Assembly: GCA_010909165.1 (NCBI GenBank)
Contig: VJWM01000182.1
Location: 62,001 to 126,000, forward strand
DNA length: 64,000 nucleotides
DNA from: Anthoceros angustus
Lineage: Eukaryota > Plantae > Anthocerotophyta
Direction of reading: 5' to 3'
The position numbers and the translations under genes are program-made. Below are positions 1-12,075 of this stretch, piece by piece (the stretch's first letter is position 1; each line of letters opens with the position of its first letter). Under the pieces are notes generated by a model. That model was not told where the DNA came from and did not search any database. It worked only from the letters and a program-made list of their open reading frames with translations.

Positions 1-124
1 GGTGAGGCGCACGCATGCGGCCAGCTGGGCGAAATCTCCCTTTTGTTGTGCGGTGGCAGATAGCGGCAGATAGGCGGCGAGGAGAAAACTCACGCTCGGG
101 GCATCTTGGCGAAGGAGGAAATAA

Positions 125-1000
125 ATGAGGCAGGGGGACCAGCGGAGAAAGAAGGAGGTGGTGCCTTCCTCTCGAGGCAGTCGCAGGGAGGCGGGAGGTT
201 TTTGTGAGCGAAGAGGAAGGAAGATGGCGCCTCGAGCGGCGAAATTCCACCGCGGTGGCCCAACATGGACCACTAGAAGGTTAGAACTGGCGGCCTTGTG
301 CGAGGCGGGCTGGATTTCATGGAGAAGAAATGGTGCTCCCAACATTGGTGTGGGAGTCGCCATGGCTGAGAACCGGTCATAGAGGCGGCGAGGAAGAGGC
401 CGCAAAATTGGGATTTGGGGCTCTTAAGGGCATGTATGGGCGAGAGGAATCGGAGGATGGGAGCACGGTGATTGACCCCCGGAGGAAGAAGACCACGAGG
501 CTGCGGTGACGCGCTGAAGCACAGGGAAGTGAGGGGTTAACAATGGATGGGTGACTCGCCAACTCGTGTCTGCGGTGGTGGGATTGGCCAAGTGGATTTT
601 GTGTTTCTGCGAGCCAGGAGTTGGATCACATGGCGGACCACTTCTGGTCTTCCTTCATGAAGTGGTTAAGGGCACACGTCGATTGGGAAGGATGATTTTT
701 GAAAGAGCACAGCAGAGAAAGGCGGGCTCCCTTCCTCGGCCCTCCTTGATTTCACCCTTTTTGATTCATGTGTTTGCGCATTCCGGATGCCTAGCAGTTG
801 AAGGCGTATATGCGCCCTTCATAGCTGGGCCTCGGGGAACTCAGGTAGAGGAGGAGGAGTGTAAGGAGGACTCAGGGAAGGATTCCAGCAGTTGAGAATG
901 CGCCTCTTTAGAAGATTCGGATGAAGGTGGGGAGGTTTCCAAGGGCAAGAAGCGGAGGGTGGCGGCGGTGAGCAGGGGTTGGCCAAAAGGGAAGCAACTG
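125..1000 (+). pseudogene. Frameshifted PMD-like / putative-plant-transposon accessory ORF remnant of a retroelement
   Basis: Stitched frames give GWVTRQLVSAVVGLAKWILCFCEP...EVVKGTRRLGRMIFERAQQRKAGSLPRPSLISPFLIHVFAHSGC. This resembles the GW...(D)W.R.I...P.L..PFL.H pattern in the related ORFs at 18.1-18.5 kb and 32.2-32.7 kb. Confidence 0.45.
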
Positions 1001-1559
1001 GTGTCTAAGCCCATCGCGGAAGGAGGAGGCAGGGTGGAAGCCAGATAGGAGGCTGCGGATGGGGATCGGCTCCACAGAACCCTAAGAGCCCGGCCCGGGA
1101 TTGTCCACAGGAGGGAGGGTAAGGACCTCTGCAGAAAGGCGTATTGTGCTGCGGCGTCGGATGAGGATGCTCATGTCCACAGCCCACGCATGGTGGCGGG
1201 TGCTCACTCTAAATGTGTATGTGGTTGTTGGGGACGGAGGCGAAACTACGGTGCACATCTTGGCCCGCAGGCGTTTACGATGGTTCCTTGAGCAGGGCTG
1301 GGCCTACCCCAAGTGGTGATCGAGGAGATGAGTGAGGCGGAGGCTAGAGCATGGAGGGAGGAGCACACGATGTGGCTGTCCGGACGAGTGGAATAATAGG
1401 CATAGGGCCTATAGGCAGCGCGATGCGCGGAGAGAAGAAACCGCATGCGGCAGTGAGGTGGAGGTTTTGGGGAGAATCGCTCGGATCGGGCGTGGCGGGG
1501 AGGCGAGAGGACCCCATGGGCGTAGGGCTGGGCGGCAAAGCAACCGCAGGCCTGATTTT

Positions 1560-1990
1560 AGAGGAGCACGACATCATAGGCCAGGTTTCTTTTGGGTTAG
1601 GGAATAGGATGTTTTGAGAACTGCTTGGTGTGGTTACTGGTGGTAGGAGCGCTCATGGTAGGGGCCATAATTTTTAGACCTTTGGAGAAGTGGTGTGGTG
1701 ATCCGTAGCTGGATGTATAAGAGACCCTTTTTGTGTCTCTCTTAACAGATAATTTCAGGTGTGAACTTCCGTGTGTCGAATCTGCGCGCGAGGTTGGTTG
1801 GAGACGTCTGATCAGCATCAAACTAGTTCAGTGCACCGTCTTCTCGTCACAAGAAGGCCGGGAAGGTCCACGGTGGTCGAGGCGGGTGGCCAAGCTCACG
1901 TTTGGGGTGGTGTGATGAGGTACCAGTGCATCTTTGAGAAGGGCATGAATTTAGTGGAAGGCTGAGGGTGAGGCTGCCGATGTCTTGAAT
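1560..1990 (-). pseudogene. Possible degenerate Ty3/gypsy gag remnant
   Basis: Minus-strand FPAFL*REDGALN*FDADQ...LARRFDTRKF resembles the retrotransposon-gag L.G.AL.WF...F..RF pattern. It contains stops, and similarity was judged by eye only. Confidence 0.25.
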
Positions 1991-2639
1991 GCCCAATCTT
2001 GACAGTGTTTTTTTTGTCCTCCTTCCCAAACCTGACAGGCGTGTTTCATTCCATGAGGAGAGATGCATGTGTGAGTGTGTGGCTGAGAGAGAGGGAGGTT
2101 TTATTTGTGTATGGTGGAGTGAGAGGTCCTTGGAAGAAGTGGATGAGTGTGCTGCTGTAGGGGGGTGCGTGTGCGTTTTGGAAAAAACGCGGAATGTTGG
2201 AAAAGGGTGGGAGTGAATGGTGAGATCAACGAGCACCAGCGACGGAGTGAGGCACCGCGGCGTTCGTGGTCATGGTGTATAACCCCCGGGAAGTTCCGAG
2301 TGCGGATACCCCTGGGAGTGAATTAAGAGTACGTGTGAACCTGTGTGTGTGTGTGCACGTGTGACCATAACCCTCAAGGACGCAGGAAAGGTGACAAATA
2401 GTCATGGCGCGGCCGCGCCGGGACCGCCCGGTGGTTGAATACCCGCTGCGGTGCTGAACTTTCCTGCGGTGGCTGAACTTCTCACTGTGGTGGCCGAGCC
2501 TACCACGGTGGTGGGTTCGGACATGGTAGCTGGTTATGGTGGAGTAATGATTGGTTATGGTAGGGCTAGAATCCATAGTTTTAGAACATCCTGACACAAA
2601 ACCATTCCCTTGGGATCGAATCCCAGGACTATAACGACA

Positions 2640-2936
2640 TAGAGGGTAAATGTGGCCTCCTTGCACCTTCGGACGCAAACACCCATTCACAACTATGTAC
2701 CTGAGATGACAAGGAACCTCATCTCTGTTAGAAAGCTAAACATGGATATTTTTAGCCACATCCTGTTTACACCTACAGAGTGTCAGATCATTGACGCATT
2801 TGATCATCGTAAGGTCTTGGCGTATGGATCATCTGACCATGATCCTTTCCGTCTTCAAACAAATAGTGGTGTTGCACAAACCCACTTGGCCTCACAGGCT
2901 CCAAATGCCTCTGCAAGACAGATTGACAAGGCCAAG
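2640..2936 (+). mobile_element. Ty1/copia pol fragment (region between protease and GAG-pre-integrase)
   Basis: HNYVPEMTRNLISVRKL...FTPTECQIID is the typical copia VLYVP.L..NLISV..L motif. It is cut just where LWH.RLGH would follow. Confidence 0.65.
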
Positions 2937-4010
2937 TGTGGGAGGAAAACCCTGGGGCTTCCGAGATTCCCCCTCTAGCGGCCACACTTATCCCATTGTC
3001 AAACCCGTATATTGGGTTTTCCCATGAGACTTGTGGTGTCGAGTTCTAGGAATCGATCCTTTGCTTGCGTACTACACTACCTCAGCCTTCTAAACAAGCA
3101 AGGCGCCCTCTAACTCTCCCTCTACAGTAGCTGCACCACCTGCACTGCTCCGAAAATTCACCAATTCGCGACCTACAACGACACAACACAATTGCAGGTC
3201 ATGCCTTAATAGCAAGGAGTCTATCACGGGTGCCCAAGGACCCCCTGACCCACACCGCAATTTTGTCTCTACTTCTAAGACCAATCTTCTCCACACAGGG
3301 AGCGCCCTCTTACTTGCAGTTGGGATTAAATCCGTGAGCTCACCTTGTGGCCTTCCACTGTACCTACCTAATCCTCTACTCATCATCCACTCATCATCTT
3401 CCTCAGCGCTCAACTCATCTCCTCATCCTCCTCCTAATCTAACCTCAATTCAGGTTCATTGGCCTCGGCTGTCCCTTCATGTGCACAGGGGTCCCAAAAC
3501 ACAAGCCGATAAGTTCTTCCTTGGGCGGTTGCTATGAGTTTGACACGGCAGTGAACCTTGAGAGTCTTTCACAATAGTCTGCCCTCGAGAGTTCCTTGGG
3601 CATCGCCACACACCCAAAGCAAAGCAATTTCAGAACCATTCACAAGGGAGCAACTCGTCGCGCTCGCGAGGCGAGCCCTCTACCAAGCACTCGAGCCACC
3701 TGACTTCCTCTCTACCGAATGACTGCGTTGGCTTGCAGTAACGAAATTCCTTTACAAGGGGCAAAGGACTCGCGAGTATGGAAGTGCAAGACAAGATACT
3801 TTACTTCCTGAAATCCTCCTCCTCTTATAGGAGGCCTTCCACATACAACCTCCCTTGGGTGCGCCTGTTGTAGGCCACCTTTCCCAATATTTTATTATTT
3901 CCTACCGCCAGTATTTAAGTCCTGGCATCCAAGTCTACTGTCTGATCCTAGGTAAATTCTATTCTAGCAATTTCTCCTATGGCAACTCTTAAATAACGTC
4001 AGTCTATAGT
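2937..4010 (-). repeat. LTR-like non-coding segment of the family-A element
   Basis: 2937-3230 is the reverse complement of about 23740-24010, and 3744-4010 is the reverse complement of about 20910-21175. It has a TATA-like CCTATAAG on the minus strand near 3830 and the minus strand ends ...TTTTCCTCCCACA. Exact LTR limits are uncertain. Confidence 0.45.
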
Positions 4011-4869
4011 ATCTATCCTTCTCATTCCCCAAAGCACATTTATGGTCATTAACCAATTTCAGTCCTTATCTTGCTGGGGCGGCGATGCGTCTCCTGCTGA
4101 TTGGCTCCCTCACCCTCTTTTTGCTCCTGTCCCCTCCCCAGCCTCTGTCTTTTTCGTGGCTTGTGGGGCAAGTACCCTTCTTCCCCTTCTTCCCACTCCG
4201 CGAGGCGGTGCCCTGATCCCTCTCACCCTTCAGGCAATTGCGCCCCTCCCTTGCTCACAAACGGCCCCGCTTCTAGCTCCCTCTGGCGGCCGTGCTCCCT
4301 TTAGAAGGTCACCCTACCGCGGTAGTCTGACAGCCTACCGGGGTAGGTTGACCACTTACCATGATAGGTTGGTCTCCCCTTCCAACACTGTTGTCTTCTC
4401 TTCACCTCGGAGATACTTCCTGGGCTAAGGTCTTCCTGGCTCCTTTGCCTGCTGTTTGATTTGTCCATACCTATCATGAAGCATTATCAAAAAACCTCTT
4501 TTTCCCAGTTGTGGCTCACCAATGTCTCTTCCCTAGTGATCCCTCCGGGCCTTCTTCGTGGTGGACTCCTCTCTAGGCCCCGGTTCTTCTCTTGGTCGTG
4601 GGGGGTGGGAATTCCTCACCCCCTCTCCTACCTCGATGGGTCGGACCCCGTCCTTGGTCGCTTCCGGTGGGGCTGCTCCCTCCACCACCTTGTCTTCTCT
4701 CCTAGGGGGCATGTCGCTGGTCCCCCCTGGCCTTTCCATCCTCAGCCAGGCCTGCTGCCCGTAGGCGGGCACCTATGGCGTAGGTCCAGAGGAGCCCGTA
4801 GGCCACCTACGCCCGTAGGTCCTTGTCCTACCACGGTAGGCTAGCAACCTACCATCGTAGGGTGGTCAC

Positions 4870-5900
4870 CTACCGTGGTAGGTTGACCTCCTGCAAGGGT
4901 AGGCTGCCCACCTTCCTTGCTGGTTGCGCCATCTTCTCCTCTTAGCATCGCGGCTTCTCCTCCGTCCGCCGCTCCTCGACTCCTCATGAGTCCATAGCTT
5001 GTGCCTCATCAAAATCGGGGCCTCGGCTGCACACTGCATGACACCTCCGATCATCATCATGAGGACCTAAAGTCCTCCTATTGGCAAGAGCAACACCTCA
5101 TTGTTGGCCTTCAATATCCTATTATGGAGTTGGGCTCCCAAGCTGTGGTATTGCATCTGGAGGTCGTCGAGCTCAGTGGGCCATTCTCCATCTTCACAGC
5201 TACCCCTGTAGGCATCCCTTGCCATTGTCAATTCACCCTCCCTCACATGTAGGGTGACGTTCTCCTCTCTAGCTTCTCTAAGTTGGTTGGGCAACTTCGT
5301 ATGTAGGGCATAATCTGCCCGAAATCGTCTCTTCCTGACCACCAGCATCCTGTGCACCATTTTCTTGTGGTGCTCTTCCTCCTGGAACCTTCTTTGTTCC
5401 AGATCAGCTATTTGCTTGGCAAGCACCTCCTTCTCCTCTTTCCAAGCATTCTTCTCGCACTCCAGCCCTTGCACTTGGAGGTCTTGAGTGATCAATTCTG
5501 TATGTCTCACCTCCAGACTCAACCGGGTCCTCCGCAATTCTTCCTTCATGTCCCGGATTTTGATGGCTTGGGTGGCCATCACTTGCTCTTGTGCCTCCAC
5601 CTACTGGACAACTCGCTTCTCTCTCCTTAGAGCCTCAGATTTACTTCTCCGCTCCTGCTCTAGTTGGGCAAAATGGTCTTCCGCCTTTTGCCTCCATGTG
5701 TCTCGTTGGCCTGTGGCTCAGACAGCCCTCTCCTCTGCTTGGGACAACTTCCCTTCCAAGGTCTTCTCTGTCCTCCTGTGGTCCATGACATCTTGCTGGA
5801 GTTTCTCCACAGCCTTCTCCAACTTGGCTGCCTTCTCATCGGATTCCATGGCCTCCAAGTGCCACTTGATACCAGGCCCTCATGGCCTGGTTCCCCAGGA
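4870..5900 (-). pseudogene. Duplicated C-terminal coiled-coil part of the family-A accessory ORF
   Basis: ORF 5067-5600 (EAQEQVMATQAIKIRDMKEELRR...HHKKMVHRMLVVRKRRF...MQYHSLGAQLHNRILKANNEVL) is a near-copy of 5972-6637 and 19510-20187. Confidence 0.7.
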
Positions 5901-7599
5901 CCTCGCGTGGGTCACACTTTCAGTGATCTGGCGGACTCTGGGGCGTGATGGCTACCTACAGTGGTGGCGGCCTACGTGGTGAAACCTATGATTGGGCTGC
6001 CCACCCACCTTGCTCTCGGCGCCATCTTCTTCCCTCGGCGCCGCGGTCTCTCCTCCATCCTCCGTCTCTCCAGACTCCTCGGAGTCCATGTCACTTGTGG
6101 CCTCATCAAAGTCACGGGGCCCTCCGGCATCTCACTGTCATCATCATGAGGACCCAAAGTCCTCCTCTTGGCCAAGCGCAGCACCTCGTTATTGGCCTTC
6201 AGTATCCGGTTGTGGAGATGGGCCCCCAAGCTATGATATTGCATTTGGAGGTCATCAAGCTCCATGGGCCATTCTCCATCTTCACACCTACCCTTGTAGG
6301 CGTCTCTTGCGGTGGTCAACTCTCCCACCTTCACATGGAGGGTCACATTCTCCTCCCTTGCTTCTCTCAGTTGGCTGGCTAATTTCGCTTGAAGGGCATA
6401 ATCCGCCCAAAATCGTCTCTTCCTCATCACCAGCATCCTATGCACCACCTTCTTGTGGTGCTCCTCCTCCTGGGACCTCCTCCGCTCCGAGTCCGCTAGT
6501 TGTTGGGCAAGTCTCTCCCTCTCCTCCTGCCAAGCAACCTTCTCGCGCTCCAACTCTTGCTTCTCCTCCAAATTGAACCGGGTCCTCCGCAATTCTTCTT
6601 CCATGTCCCAGATTTTGATGGCTTGAGTGGCCATCACCCCCTACTAGAAATGGCAGCCCATGTTACACTTAATGTTAAGATTTGGACCCTTGGATGTAAC
6701 ACTTATGTTGCAATTTTGGGGTCATGTATCACTTTTTGGGCCTCTTGTTACACTTTGGCTTCGAAACCAGACCGGAGCATTTGTTGCAACCATGTTGCAA
6801 TGGTGTTGCAATTATGTTGAGATGAAGTGAGAGGTGCTTTTGTCCTCTCTCAAGATTGCAACAAGATTGCAACATATAAAGTGTTACAAGAAAAGTCTTG
6901 TAACACTTTTGGAGGCTTGGTACCAGAACCTCCTCCCATCTACCTTCCTCCTTTTACTACTATTACCCTATGGAATACCTAGTTTTACTTAGTAGTTCCA
7001 TACTCGTATGAATACACATACATAAATACATGTATATATGAATACAGATACATAAATACATATCGAATAATTAATAAATACATATTATTCATGGTAACAT
7101 ATACTATACGGTAATTTTCTATGATATACGGTCATATTCTATTTTGTATAAAATAAGCATATCGTCACGGATAACGTACATACTTTACACGTCCACGATC
7201 GTTTACGGTTTGTCCTTGAGCTCGGTGCCTTTTGTGCCTCTGAGTTTGTGCTACAGCGGACCCATGTTTGCTATTGCGGCATGGGGTTGTTTGGCTCAAG
7301 TCCTCCTCCTTCTCTCTCCCCTAGACAAGCTGCCTCATGTCATGATTCGCTTTTTTACCCTTGCCTTGACCATGGCTGCTGTTGGTTGCTCCACTCCTAT
7401 CCTCCCTCTGCCACCCGCCTCTTCCACTCCCTTGCGTTGTTTTCACTGTCCACACTCAACACATGTCTGTTACTTGCTGGTGACAGTACACTCGCCCTTC
7501 TTTGTGCTACAGCACCCGGATCTGGCCCTCCAAACACGTCCCTCCTACCGTGCACCGGCCTTGTCACTCCCTATTCACCCAAGACCCTGCCCTACTAGC

Positions 7600-8770
7600 A
7601 TCGCCTTCTCTAATGTCACATCACAGTCTAGTTACGCATCAAATAAAATTTTGAGGTAGGAAATCACAGCATGGAATGGGTCTTGGCCTCACCTTGCAGC
7701 TATACATGTACATGAGACCCCGCCATTCTTCCATCGCCTTCCTAACTTCATCATAGTGCAGTTACGCATCTGAAAATTTGAGATAGGAAATAACATGGAA
7801 TGGGTCTTGGCGACCTTGCAACTACTTGCGATTGTACATGTACGAGACACCCCATGCTACTATCGCCTTGTCTAACATCAAATCACACTAGCTAGTTACG
7901 CCTGAAAATTTGAGAGGAAATCACGGTATTGGAACAGTCTTGGCGACCTTGCAATGCTCTGCAAGTACAAGATCCGCTTCGGTGCGTGATCCACCATCCC
8001 TTCACCAATGTCGTGTCACTTGGTTACGCATCGGTGAAAATTTTGAGGCCCGGAAATCACGGCATGGAGCGGGCCTCCTCCTCTTCCTTTCCCCTCTCCC
8101 CTCCTCCTCCTTCCCATCTCCCCTCCTCTTCCTCCCCTCTCCCCTCCTCTTGCTCCTCTTCTTTTCCATCTTCCTCCTCCTCCTTATAATCTCCCCCTCC
8201 TGTCCTTTCGCTTTCCCCCTCCTCCTCCTTCCCTCTCGCCCTCCCTCTCCTCCTCCTCCTCCTCCTCTACCTCAGATCCCTCTCCCCCTTTTCCTCCTTG
8301 CCTATCGCCTTGTCTAACATCAAATCACACTAGCTAGTTACGCAACAGCTGAAAATTTGAGAGGAAATCACAGTATTGGAACAAGTCTTGGCCTGACCTT
8401 GCAATGCTCTCAAGTACAAGATCCTTCTTGTACACGTGATCCACCATCCCTTCACCAACGTCGTGTCACACTGGTTACGCATCAGCTGAAAATTTGAGAC
8501 TGGAAATCACAGCATGGAATAGGCCTCCTCCTCTTCCTTTCCCTCTCCCCCTCCTCTTGCTCCCCTTCTTTTCCATCTTCCCCTCCTCCTCCTTATAATC
8601 TCCCCCTCCTGTCCTTTCGCTTTCCCCCTCCTCCTCCTTCCCTCTCGCCCTCCCTCTCCTCCTCCTCCTCCTCCTCCTCTACCTCAGATCCCTCTCCCCC
8701 TTTTCCTCCTTGCCTCTCCCCTTCCTCCTCTCCTTCTCTTCCTCCTCCTCCTCTCCCCCTCCTCCTCCTT
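7600..8770. repeat. Tandem ~125-bp repeats plus CT-rich tracts forming a higher-order ~440-bp duplication
   Basis: The unit AGTTACGCATC..TGAAAATTTGAG..GGAAAT.AC.GCATGGAA recurs about 6 times. The block [repeat + (CCT)n tract] at about 7860-8300 is repeated at about 8300-8770. Confidence 0.8.
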
Positions 8771-9307
8771 GCCTCCGCACGTAGAGTGAGCCTTGCACCC
8801 ACGAACTTAGACATAGGTAAATAATATTATGTTTAGGTTACAAGTATATACATGTATAAATACATATATATACATACATAAATACGTATTTCAGTCATAT
8901 ATATATAGGAATATACACAACAAGTGGGCCTGCAAACCGTATATATAGATAGACATATAAATAATCTAGAATCCTACTATACATAATCAGGTAAAAACAA
9001 GAGTTTTCAATTGCGTATGTGGAGCTTAAAAACAAAACCAGATGTGGACACAAGGGTGCATTGAAGAGGGAAGGTAGATTATAAATGCATAGCTATGCAA
9101 AGGAGGCAAAATGGAAAGAGAATGACAACCACAGGGAGAGAGATAGAGTTCTTGGTTGCTGTCATGTAGGAAAAGCAAGAGGGGAAGAATAAAATAGTAG
9201 CGTGAGAGGGGAACACATGTTGCAACACAAAGAGGGAAAAATTATAAAATGGGTGTCATACTGGAGCATTAACTAGGAGTGTGAGGTGAAAGGAGAGACC
9301 AAAGGAG

Positions 9308-9685
9308 TTGTTAAGATGGTGAGAGAAGGTGAGAAGAAAATCACAAACTTAACACCAAGCCAACAAACTTAATGCTAAGCTCTTAATGGTGAGGTGTAAG
9401 GTCAACGACCACTTGCATGTTGTTAAGATGGTGAGAGAAGGTGGAAAGAGTATCACAAACTTAACACCAAGCCAACTAACTTCATGAGTGGTCCAAATGG
9501 AAAGTGTTACATGAAATTGTAACAAAGGACTGTAACATAAGCAGGTTTGCATAGTATATGTTTGAAATCATAAACAATGCTTGTGAGAGAGGTGTACTTA
9601 GGAGGGTGAGGTGATGAGGAGAGTCGTTCGTGTTAAGATGGTGACAAAATGAGAAGGAAATAGTGTCAAACTTAATACCAAGCCT
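9308..9685. repeat. Three subterminal ~55-bp repeats of the CMC element
   Basis: GTTAAGATGGTGA...CAAACTTAA(C/T)ACCAAGCC occurs near 9308, 9421 and 9631. Confidence 0.7.
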
Positions 9686-11535
9686 ACATAGCTTGTTGCA
9701 ATTTGAAAGTGTAACATAAAATTGCAATAATGACTGTAACATGGGCTGGCATTTCTAGTAGGGACCTGCTCCTGCGCCTCCACCTGCTGGACCGCCCACT
9801 TCTCTCTCCCTGGAGCCTCAGTCTTGCTCCTTCGCTCCTGCTCTAGCTGGGCAAAATGCTCCTCCGCCTTTTGCCTCCATGTGTCCCGTTGGGTGGTTGC
9901 TCGGACAGCTCTTTCTTCGGTTTGGGACAACCTTCCTTCTAGGACCTTCTCCGCTCGCTGCTGGTCCACAAGGTCCCGCTGGAGCTTCTCCACATCCTTC
10001 TCCAATTTGGCTGCCTTCTCGTCGGACTCCATGGCCTCCAGCTGCCACTTGGTCCCTACTCGTCGCTCCGTCATCTCCTGGGCCTTGTTCGCCCGGATTT
10101 CCTCCTGACATGCCCATAGGGAGGCTGTTAGCTCCCTAGCCCCCTTCAAATCCACATGGCTGAGCACCTCACAGGCACTCAGCAAATCTCCTAGGGGCCC
10201 CAATTCCGCCCCCTTTGGCTTCTTGCTTGAAATCTCCAGCCCCCTTGCACTCCTCAGGCCATCGCGCGGCGGGGTAGGCCCTCGCACGGTCGCCCCATCC
10301 GCCCTTCCTCCCAGCGCGGGTGATGGCGGCCTAGGTGCCACCCGCGACGCCTCGCGCTGACCCTCCTTCCTCTTCCTCCCTACCGCCGTAGGCTGCTTGC
10401 CTACCGGCGTAGGGTGCACCTCTGTGGTGGTTGAGCCCCCCCTGTGGTAGTCGACTACCTACCAGCGGTGGTTGCCTCCTGGGGTGGTGCCTCCCTACGG
10501 GGTAGGGGCTGCCTCCCCTAGGGGTGAGGTGGACGGTGCCTCTCCTTCTAGCACCCATGAAATGGTGGGGATTCCCCCCACCCTTGGGGCTGCCTCCCCT
10601 ACCGTGGTAGTCTGCTCCTCATAGACCACCACTTGGCCCTCTATGGCCTGATCTTGACTTAATGTACCGTTAATGTACCCTCCCCCATACGGTTTCATTT
10701 CTAGGCAGGAACATGTACCCTCCCCATCTGGTTTCATTTTGGCCTTCCCGCCCATCCGCTCCCGCTCTGTCGCTCCTCGATTGAACCCCAAAGAAAACAC
10801 CTTGCGGCCATGGCTCGTGGCGGTTGGTGCGGCGCGCGCGTCAGAGGGCGGCGCGCCAGCAGCGCGGTGCGCCGCCACACATGTACAGATATCCTGCGGT
10901 CGGCGGCGCCGATCTTTGCGGAAGATGAGCGGCTGCACCCATGGGGAAGAAAAAGGGAGGTCGGCCCACAGGGAGGGATCGCGCCCCTCTGAGGAGCAAA
11001 ACGCCCCTCCTGGGCAGTACCTTGGTGATCCTCTACCTGCCTCTCGCTGGATTCCAACTTTTGTAGAGAGCCCACCACAATTTCCTGGTGGTAGGAAGTG
11101 GTCTGCCACTTGTGTCGATGTTGAAGTCACCTTTGGAGAGGTGGAGGTCGTCCCTGTAGGTACTGGAGGTCGCCAATTGATGCATGAGTGCTGCCGGATG
11201 CGGGAGTACCTCACTCAGGCCGGGAAATTGGAGAAAGATGTTGCCCCCATGTCTTGTCTCAAGTTGTTGAAGGTGCTCATCCCAAGCCTAGCTGCTCCAA
11301 GCTGCAGCATGTCGTCCTGCAGTTGTGTCTGGATGAGATCGTCGAGGAGATTCGAAGGTTCTTGTGGAGAAATCGCTTTGAGATTGTTCTCATCGATTCA
11401 ATTGGAAGAGTCTTCATGGAAGAGCTTCTCCCTGCTGATGGAGCAGTGAAATCTCAAGTAAGACACACAGTTGTGTGTGTAGCAAGGTATTCACATCGTG
11501 AAGGGAGGCACCTTGGGCGATGTGATGCCCCCCTT

Positions 11536-12075
11536 TTTGAGGAGAGGCAGTTGTAAGCCCGTTTGTGGGCATCTTCAAATGACCATTTTCCAGTTCAAAA
11601 ATATTAATTGTAATGAATTTTCTGATACTATTTTGCAGATTTATGTATGGAAAATTATGGGAAAAAGGAAAATGAATGAAAATGAAGAAAATGAGAAAAA
11701 TGAAAAGGTAGACATGCTTTTGTGACTCTAAAAGGTGTTCTAACTTATTTTCTCTTGCTAAAAACTTGCCCCATTTTAGGTTTCTTTTCTCAAGAAAACA
11801 TAGGATAGGAAACATAGGATTGGAAGCCCGGCATATATCCCAAGGGTGATGATGTGAAGCTCATCTATATAATCACTAATATGAAAAGGGAGGCGGGCAG
11901 GCATGCCACCATGCTCCTATGTTTGCGAAACTAAGATACATGATACGGGTTATGTATGCTTGTGAAGAATTTCCGGGCATATGATCCATGTCTATCGTGA
12001 GTATTCTTGAGGCTAAGAAAATATGGAAAAGTTTTAATTAGCAAAATATTATTTAATATTTTAATATTATTTTCA
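11536..12075 (+). repeat. Putative PPT plus LTR-like AT-rich segment
   Basis: GAGGAGAGGCAGT is followed by TGTAAGCCCG. No partner LTR was found in the window. Confidence 0.3.

Larger units (their letters stand above)
6639..9763. mobile_element. Non-autonomous CMC (CACTA/EnSpm-type) DNA transposon
   Basis: 29-bp TIR CCCTACTAGAAATG(G/C)CAGCCCATGTTACA at 6639-6667 and 9735-9763 with one mismatch. 3-bp TSD ACC at 6636-6638 and 9764-9766. Removing it restores the host ORF. It has subterminal TGTTACA/TTGCAAC repeats and no transposase ORF. Confidence 0.85.
5972..11300 (-). pseudogene. Family-A accessory ORF (PMD-like N-terminus, low-complexity linker, long coiled coil), split by the 6639-9763 insertion
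   Basis: Translation at 9764 ends ...QQVEAQEQV and resumes at 6638 with MATQAIKIWDMEEELRR. The uninterrupted copies at 5600 and 19440 read EAQEQVMATQAIK across the same point. The N-terminal limit is approximate. Confidence 0.7.

Noticed and set aside
2607-2627. tRNA T-arm-like hairpin
   Set aside because: No acceptor, D or anticodon arms can be built around it.
7910-8814. Pro/Ser/Leu-rich and Glu/Gly-rich ORFs
   Set aside because: They are translations of (CCT)n tracts inside the non-autonomous CMC element.
11188-11556. LINE RT-like or chromodomain-like ORF (EEIRRFLW)
   Set aside because: Only a short motif resemblance. There are no RT core motifs nearby and the chromodomain residues are not convincing.
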